A stretch of DNA of 64,000 nt from Octopus sinensis (lineage: Eukaryota), in the NCBI RefSeq assembly GCF_006345805.1, contig NC_042998.1, positions 116,684,001-116,748,000 on the forward strand, written 5' to 3'. Shown here in pieces: positions 55,123 through 64,000 of this stretch (positions are counted from its first letter, which is position 1; every line of letters begins with the position of its first letter). The position numbers were made by a program, and so were the translations under genes. The notes below the pieces were generated by a model. It made no database searches. It was not told the DNA's origin and saw only the letters and a program-made list of their open reading frames with translations.

Positions 55123-55280
55123 GTAGCGGCGTGGTAAGAAACATTTTCCCCAATCACATGGTTCCAGGACCTGTTCCACTGTGTGGCAGCCTGGGCTAGT
55201 GATTTTTACTATCGCCTCGGGCCGACGAAATCCTTGTCGGTGTATTTTGTGGACGGATTCTGGCAGAAGCCTTTCGAATA
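55123..55280 (+). mobile_element. tRNA-derived SINE
   Basis: GGCGTAGCGGCGTGGTAAGAA (A box)...catggttccagg..ccactgtgtggcagcctggg..tactatcgcctcgggccgacgaaatccttg, ending in (TG)n. Confidence 0.7.
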
Positions 55281-56389
55281 TATGTGTGTGTGTGTGTGTA
55301 TGCATAGATATGTGTATGTATATATCTATATACATTTGTATATATATTAATATATATGCATGTGATATGTGTGTGTGTATGTGTGTGTGTGTGGTTGTGT
55401 GTGTGTATGAGTGCGTCTGTGTGCTTTCTGTGCGCGACACTTTTTTTCTTGTTGCCTCGGTTTTTATTAGCAATTACATTAAACTACCGATTGTGTATGA
55501 TTCCACAGAGTTCTTCCGCGATCGGAGGAGGGCTATAACGTTACGTAAGAATAACGAAGCATATGTAACAGTTATATTAAAGGAATAACACACTTAAGTA
55601 CATGTCGTTTCTCTCAATGTATATGTGTGTGGAGGTGTGTGGAGGTGTGTGAATCCATATATGTCCCTGTCTGGGTATGTGTGTATGTAAATCCGAGTTA
55701 GAAATTTCTTTTATAAATCAAGAAACTTAAAATTCCAATCGACTAAATACATGAGCATTGATAACTGTAGAACAATTACTTATATTTTTAAATATTAAAA
55801 TTTGTTAATTCAGCAAATTTTATTCCGTGTCGCTTCTTCCAACAGTTCGTCAGAAACAAACGACCTTGTTTATGTGAACATAGTTAAAATATCTCTGTGT
55901 GATTCAAGTTGTCAGAGCAAATATGGTTCTTAACAGATAATTTCTGCTCGAGATATGCCTAATTTACTGACGGAAACAATGGTATTAAAACAAAGACATT
56001 ATCATAATATTTGTGGTTCTGTATAAGTATACATGTATAAGTATACAAACGCGTTTACTGGAATAATATACAATACAGAAGAAAGGAAATAAAATGAAAT
56101 CCAGTAGAGAAATGTCGTAATAAAATAACTTGATGGAAAGTAACAATAATGAATTGTTGTATAATCCAAATGTATAATACTTTTGCTCACTTTCCTTTGA
56201 ACTAGTACAAGAGATCTTCTTTATGAAATTTCACATTCATATGCACACATTCATATACACTTGCAAATACACGCACACCTACATTTATGCACAACACACA
56301 CACATACCCTATATATACATACATACACACACATGTATATACATATATAACTATAAATATATAGTTATATATGTATACATATCTCTCTT

Positions 56390-57247
56390 CATCCACTCGA
56401 TTTTGAAGAGTTGAGTTCGATTTTAACACTTATTTTTTCAAAGCTATAATGGAAATGATAAAGGAGCATATTCGCCATATTCTGTTTTATGAGTTCAATA
56501 AATGCAACAACGCAACGGAAAGTGTGAAGAATATTAATGTCGTATATGGAGATCAGACAACAAGCTTAAGCCAGTCTCAACTATGTTTCCAGAAATTCCG
56601 AACTGGAGACTATAACCTAGAAGACAAGCCTCGTCCTAGAAGATCTGTAGAGCTCTACAAGGACGTCGTATAAAACCTGGTAGAATTAAATCCCATCGTA
56701 ATTGATGAGAAACTAGCAGAGAAGCTTGGACTTTGTCATCCAACCAGTCATTCAAGTTTTCACCAGAAGGAAAACTACCATCCTTGGTTTCAAGACGAAA
56801 GATGCTCTTCCATCATGTACAAACGATGTGCAAAAGACGAAAGATATTCCATCATGTACATGTTCTTCCAACATGTACTCGAATCTGTTCTTCCATTTGG
56901 ATAATGCTCAGCCACATACAGCGAGGATGACATTCCAAAGGCTGGAGCAGTTTGAATAGGAAATGATGCCCCACCCCACCATATTCTCCGGACGTTAATT
57001 CATGCCACAGTCTTCAAAATCATTTGGACGGAAAAAATATAGACTCTGTAGACGAGGTCAGGACAGAGTGTTTTTCGTCACTGATAAGTGAATTTTGGAA
57101 GTAGGGTTTTGCAGGTCTACGAGATAGATGGAAGAGCATTGTATAAAATGAAGGAAAGTATATTTTACATAAAAATGAACTTTATTTATCTTAAATTTGA
57201 AAACATCAAGAATTATAAAAAGAACATTATTTATGAGATGATCTAAT
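56390..57247 (+). mobile_element. Decayed, internally deleted mariner (Tc1/mariner) DNA transposon
   Basis: N-terminal HTH region KEHIRHILFYEF..NATES..NI..VYG..FQKFRTGDYNLEDKPRPRR; catalytic region HLDNAQPH and HPPYSPD; C-terminal DRWKSIV.NEGKYI. Probable right TIR acattatttatgagatgatctaata followed by TA at ~57220-57249. Confidence 0.9.
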
Positions 57248-58096
57248 ATATAAATGTTTGTAGTTATATGTATGTACAACTACATGTGTGTGTGTGTGTG
57301 TGTGTACATGCAGATATGCAAATATGTATCCACGCACACACGCAAATATCGGCATTTGAACATATGTGGCTTAATAGAGATGATAAATAAGTCTTTGGAA
57401 ATGTTATTATTGACTGTGCAAGCCATATTGTATTTCAACAGCACATATTTTTTTTGCCATTTCCTTTAACTAGATGTTTGAGAATGCCATTCGATTTCAC
57501 AGTAAGCCACAAACTTTTCGTCTTAGTTATTAAGAAGATTCTCTTCCGTTCAAAATGGAATATTTCTAATTAAAAATTATGATGTCTAAAGAATAATATT
57601 GTGCTTTTTGTGAAATCATAAAATTGATTTTGTCGATTGTTACATTTCAGACCTGAAATTGTGAAGGCAGATGGGATTATTAGCTGAATACCTGTGATAT
57701 TTCATGAGACAAGCTTCCACACATAGAGAGCCCATGTACACATCGCTTTGTTCATAGGTGTAAAATGCTGTCAAATGCTGTTTAATATACGCCTCAAAGC
57801 CTGTGCCAAAATCCTTTCAGTATATTCCTGTCTATCATAAGATGCCTGTTTCAGACTTGGGTAGACTTAATATATTGAGGCAAGCATAAAAAGTAACTTC
57901 TGGCCTTCATCTGATAAAAATGATTTCTCCATTTTTCTGAAGAACACTTTAGCTAATTTCACTCCTCATTTTCATGTGGGACTCCAGTGGGAAATCCCTG
58001 CACACAGAGCTGCCAGATCTGTCCCAACACAAAGAATATAAATACAAGCACAAACACAAGCGCACGCATACATACATACATAAATACATACATACA

Positions 58097-58171
<75 letters not shown>

Positions 58172-58607
58172 TGCAAAACATTATTTGTTACATATGAAAA
58201 CAAAATCGCCTACCTCATGCTTATTTTTAAAAGTAAAAGCTTTTCTTTTTATCACTAGCATTGGTTAATCTTACGCTACAAATAAGTATCATTATAACGA
58301 TTCTATTTGTGTAGTTATTATATAAATATTATTATATATAGAATATATTTTCATATCTTATAACTGTGAATCTCGCTAATAAGTTGCATAATTAAAGTTA
58401 CGAATATTTGAAATATCTCCAGGAGTAATTATGATACAAATTAATGAAAGTCGAAATAACGAATGATGGTGTAAACAATTTTAGAGAAACCCAAGCAAGC
58501 GATAGAATAAAGAAACTAAACGATTGAATAAAATTATTAATAAATAAATATAAATAAATCAAAAAATAAATTCTAGAAAACAAGAAATAAAGTTTCAAAT
58601 CACTTAC

Positions 58608-58960
58608 GTAGCTTCGAAAGTTGTTTCGTTGATTAACACCTTTTTTTTTAATGGGAACCGCTAACGAAATGACCGCAGAACTGTATTCAGAACTGTATTC
58701 TGAACTAGAATTCAATGTCCGGAGCAGCGCCCGTTGCAAACCATTCAGCGTTTTTCGTATAATTTATAGTAAGTATTATCAATGTTATTTTCAAAACACT
58801 TCTCTGCCATTGAAATCATTAAGTGATCATTTCTGTATTTACTTCAACACAATGAATCGCTGACGTTTACTGTCCACAGAACTCATGCTTTCAAGTAATC
58901 GCCTTTAAAATGTCAGTCATTTGCGTTTTTATCACCGTGCATTATGTGCTTTTCTATATA
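58608..58960 (-). promoter_or_regulatory. Candidate upstream non-coding exon or promoter region
   Basis: Locally CpG-richer, non-repetitive stretch (ccggagcagcgcccg, accgcag, aatcgctgacg) ending in CTAC|GTAAGT (donor 58607-58602) on the same strand as the iGluR exon. Other GTAAGT hexamers exist in between, so the assignment is weak. Confidence 0.2.
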
Positions 58961-61900
58961 TATATATTTCTCAACATTATGTCTTTTATCAATATGCCCT
59001 GTTGGCTAACGTTTTGGTTTTCCTTCCATTTTTATTTCAAAGATTTGACACTTTGTATCTTCATGTTCCTTCACATACCACAGTCGGAAGGTTCATATAA
59101 ATTAAAAGTGTTTCGCTGTTAGTCTGATACATGGTGGAATAGAATTTCATTTTTAAGTTCATAATCTCCTCACTTAGCCTCGTCTTATGGTCTAATCCTC
59201 GTCTGATTAGGTAAAAATGATTTCTCTTTCCTTGATTAGAAATACATTTTTCTTTAACCTCTGCAGAAGCTGTTTTAGTAGTAAACGAAAATAGTGCTAT
59301 TTTGTATAACAGTTTCAGGGACGCTGCTCCGTGCTTCCATTGTGGATTGCAACTGAACTGTGTAACGATTTGGGATATTCAAACTGAAATTCTGGTCTGC
59401 TAATAATTCTGCTGGAATCTCCCCTTCCCACATATTCTCGCTCACTCTGCCTTCTCCTTTTTATCAATACAAATCTGAGAAAAATACATAAATATATTTG
59501 AAAGAAAAATCTGTAATAAAACCTACACGGAGTAGGAAACTAAAAGAAGCAAAGATAATAGAGAGCAAAATGACATGTAGTATAGCATGTTACATTTCCG
59601 ACCCAAAATATTTTCTTCTTTCTGTTTGCTTTCCTCTTTTCTTCTTCTTCACCAGAATTCTTCTGATATAATATATCTTTGAAGGCGTCTAACTGATATT
59701 AGTGATTAGTAGTGAGCAACAGACTTGATGAATTGGAATAATGGGAAGAGTATTGGTATTTGCATTAAGGTGTCGTGTTCAGATTCTCGTGTTTCTAACA
59801 GCTGCCACCTGCAGAGAGCATCCATAAAATAAATCTGAGATCGCCATACGATAGCTCTTAAGATGCATCGATGCTTGCTCATTTTCACACTTGACTTGTG
59901 AGATAGGTGACGTCAATAGAACAAATCTATAATTTGATGAGAGAGAAAATGTTTTATTTATTTCCTTTTTTTTTGCAGTAACTCATGACTAACCTACTCC
60001 ACATCAAATTCAAGAGTAATTGATCAACGAAGGCGGATTTAAATGCGAATTCATATTTATTTTATTTGTGTGATATATTTCTTGTGTTTTTTTTATCATG
60101 TAACGGTATTTTAGTCATATAAAATGTATTTCTTTTAAAATGAAACATGTCAAACTTAACGAAGCATAATGTTTCAAATAAATGAAAAGAATATTATCAA
60201 TGAAATGAAATTCATAAATTAAATAAATTAAGAAAAATCTAATTTATAAATCTAGAATGTTAAAAGTCAAGTACTACTAATTCCATGTGGCAACAAAGAA
60301 TGTGCATTTATAATTAATGGAAAAGATAAATAAGTGATATAAGAAAACCAAAGGTGACAAGATCTTGTGTTTGCTTCCCATAGATTGTTTCATTTTTTGA
60401 GTCCAATATTATATTTCCACTGAGAAAATAATGTCCATACGCAGATTTATTGAAAGCCTGAACGAATCAGTGGATTTTATATAACAAGTCAAAATTAATC
60501 GCTGAATTCTTATTTCGATGTTTCAACCCTTGCTCCATATAATTTGCAAATTTGCAAAGCATGTTTCAATTTATAAAACAAAAGTGCTTTGAATCCTAAT
60601 ATGGAGTGGGAATGGAACCGAATTCTGAAAACAACCAGAAATAGGAATCACGGTATCACACTTTAATACTACACAGGCTGTAATGGAACGAAAATGCAAA
60701 GGCATTTACATTATCACTCTCCATATGAAACATACATTCCAAACCGTCTTCAAATTACATGGTATAATATTTTTCGAAAGGACTACTTGATTTATATATT
60801 TAACTAACCTCTGTAGCTAAGAAAAAAACTGCATGCGTTTGCCAAGCTTCCACCCTATAATACCGAGTGCATTGGCCGAAGATGAAAAACACTGCAATCA
60901 TTTCAGCCTCGGCACATGGCTGCACAATATCAACTACCATGCGCACTGATTTCCTCCAGTGAAACGGTAGTTTGTAGCAGATGAATTTTCTGTACTATTG
61001 AAAATGACCATTTCACAAAGAATGTTATTACACACTTAATGTTTATTTCTAGCATAAGCATAAGCACATGGCACAAGCATTAAGAAAAGCTGTTATCAAT
61101 ATAATCGAATCCAGTACTTGACTTGTGCTTTATTTCCTGAACGCAGAAAGAAAACGTAAATTGACTTCACCGGTGATATGTAAAAAGCAGGGAAGAACAT
61201 CCTAATTCGACCTGACTGACCCTAACGATTCTACTAATCCATCATACATATGAACAGACATAGTAAGAAATAATTAAATGGATCTGGCAAGAATTTCATA
61301 AACAAGGAGACGAAAGCAAAGAAAATAAAGAAAATAACATATCATAACGTAACACATGTGATCATTCTTCTATATATCAGATGGAATATACATACAAAAA
61401 TGCTAGAACACGCATAGCAAGAAATACTTATGCAGACATATGGTAAAATACAAAGCCAAGCATATTCAAACGTGCACGCATTAAGATGCGCGCAAATAAT
61501 GTGGACAATGAACATTAATTGAAAGAGCTCCACGCCAGAGACCTGAAGTATCCAGCAGATTCCCGTCTAAAACAGCTGGCTTTATGAAAAAATGATTACA
61601 TATGAAATTCTCGTGTAGACGTCATTGAGCTTTTCAGTAAATATAATAGAGCTAAATATCTGAATAGAAAATATATGAAAAACAAGCGGAAACGTGAAAA
61701 TAATGGCAAGGAACTTCCCCATGACTTACACTTCGAACAAGAATTGACTGGTAGAATAGAGTCAATGTCCACAGTACATATGTACAATGAAATCTGTTGG
61801 CATTATACTATACTATATTATCACAAAATGAGAATCAACAGTACTAACATTATATATACATAAGTGTGTTTGCTCGTGTATACCCGTGTGTGTGATGTGT

Positions 61901-63787
61901 GTGCTTGCGCGGGTGTATGTGGGCCTGTGTTTATGTATGAATATGCATGAATATACATAATTTCTTTATTAGACTCATAATTAGTTTATAGCTACAATGT
62001 TATTAAAGCTTTCTTGTTTACATATTCTGAATGGTGAGGCATCCAATGAAATATAAATTCTCAGTAAATATGGAAGTTATAAAGTGTATTCCCCAGACAC
62101 ATTGTTATGTCGTACATACAAGACATATCTGTGCCGACAGAATATGCATTTATAAGTCAATAAAACAGACTGCAAGGCATAGGCAAAGCAAGCATAGATG
62201 ACAAATACTTTATCTTAATGTAAATATTAATATATATTTCTCTTATAGACTATAGCATTTGATAAGTCATTAAAAGCAAAGTACAAATTGCAAATAATAC
62301 GAAGATAATCACTCTAATAATATATTCAGTGATTTGGATGCTACGAAAACACGGTAATCGCAAAACGCTTTTAACCTCTACTCTTAATTCAGACCGTGGG
62401 GCCAATGATAACTAGTAAGTAAGAATAATGGAATATTTAAGAAAATTCTTAAACGCGAACTCAGCATGTTTGTATGTGGAACAGTTACTGAGTGATCATT
62501 CAACAAATAGCGAGAATTGATAATCTGTAACAGAGTTACATATAAGGGTTATAAGAATAACAAGATATCGAAATGTGTCCGTTGAATGTCACAGACGAGT
62601 AGCGATTTGCACGGCGTCCAATGTACAATCCTTCATTTATTGTACTGATTTGTCTTTTCACATGCTGTAAGTTACAACAAATATAACTTCAAGCAAAGGG
62701 GCATTCATAGACGAAGGCAAGCAAGAAATGTTCAAAATATATATAATTGACAGTTAGAAACTGGAAAATAAATATTTAATATGCCTCAGCCGATCTCTGC
62801 CTCTTAGAACTATATTGTATTTGCACATCTAACAAACACATTTTTATAAGATTTTAAAATTGTTAATTATAGTTATAACCTTTTTCGTAGATTGAATGCA
62901 TTGTTTGAATATAATTTCATGAACATATCTCTAATAAATGTTTACTTTGTATTGCTAGTGTAAATCAGAAGTTTGTATGAGACATGCATTCTGGTGCTAT
63001 GTTAATTAGGGTTGTGCTTTTTTTAAAGTCTACGCTAATAATTCCGAATGACAACTGTATTAGTACTGTTGTCCCCACGCATGTATAAATCTGACGTTGG
63101 AAGAACTTTTCATTGTCTTTGTCGCCAAAGGGGAGCTGTCGAAACAAATTTACCAAGTATTTATAGTGTTAGAACTAACATGCTAGTCCAATACCTCTTT
63201 TCTACCAGGTTTGGATTCTTCGAATCCTTTTCATCACATGTTGTTTCGATTTTATTCATTCTCCAAAATATTGGTAAATAATGGTTTAGATGTCAAACTG
63301 TCAATTTATGTAATTATAAAAACATTTATTTGCATTTCATTCGAACCATTCCCATATAAATTTACTTCAATACATAAACGATTTTTTTAATGTCATTTTC
63401 AGCGTTATGTATTCAGTTGTGTTTTCAAACGAATCATATTTGCTCACCGTATTCGCGCATAATTAGCAGAATATTCTGCAGAAAAGTGTATATTGTACTT
63501 AAAATACTCGAGCGAAATAAGGATTTCGTTGTGTGTGAGAAAGCTGTTGCAATTTAACTGCAGATACAATACGTCACCCAAAAATCCTTTTCATATGGGT
63601 CGACTCGAACCTATGGAAAATTGCATTTACCAAGATACAAGCCAGGAACATAAAATATGTGGTTTCGCCCATGCTAAGGAAGCTCCTTCGTATGCGAATG
63701 AATAAGAATGTCCATTTTCATGGTTAATAGTTCGATATATGTGTTTGTCTATAGTGTGTTTATATACACATATGTTTATATACACAG

Positions 63788-63841
<54 letters not shown>

Positions 63842-64000
63842 TCCCACAGCAATATCATATCTTCTCCACTACGATTCCCTAAAACTTGAGAACTACACAA
63901 CCAATTTCATTCAAACTTTACACATGCCTTACTTAGAGTCCATGTAGTTCCATGGGCAAAAACATGTTCAACTTCTTGCCTAGAGCGAGCCCTTATCAAT

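Noticed and set aside
57690-57815. Minus-strand DFGTGFEAYIKQHL... as a kinase DFG exon
   Set aside because: No other kinase motifs and a poor acceptor.
60830-61000. Stop-free minus-strand frame YRKFICYKLPFHWRKSVRMVVDIVQPCAEAE...
   Set aside because: No recognisable motif or splice boundaries. It may be conserved non-coding sequence, but this cannot be supported.
62965-63281. Overlapping short ORFs with protein-like composition
   Set aside because: No recognisable domain or consistent splice-site pair.

Overview
AT-rich eukaryotic (animal) genomic DNA that is almost entirely intronic or intergenic and saturated with (TA)n, (CA)n, (TAGA)n, (TATG)n and (AAT)n microsatellites. The repeat landscape resembles an octopus (cephalopod) genome; this is inferred from composition and remembered SINE families, not from a search. 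Most of the supplied ORFs are microsatellite artefacts. One host coding exon is recognisable: a minus-strand signal-peptide exon (35867-35966) ending in LPRTIRV-G|gtaagt, the typical first coding exon of an AMPA/kainate-type ionotropic glutamate receptor. No convincing second exon was found in the ~36 kb downstream. The rest is a transposon graveyard: CR1/Jockey-group LINEs (one near full length with a CCCH zinc-finger ORF1), Dong/R4-type RLE LINEs in (TAA)n, a Tx1/L1 fragment next to (GATA)n, a Gypsy pol end with its LTR, a mariner, tRNA-derived SINEs and Penelope-like (PLE) remnants. The most striking observation is a complete type I hammerhead-ribozyme fold (43533-43587) inside a perfect 58-bp-arm palindrome, about 600 bp downstream of a Penelope GIY-YIG C-terminus. 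It is one of several long fold-back structures that abut TA microsatellites.
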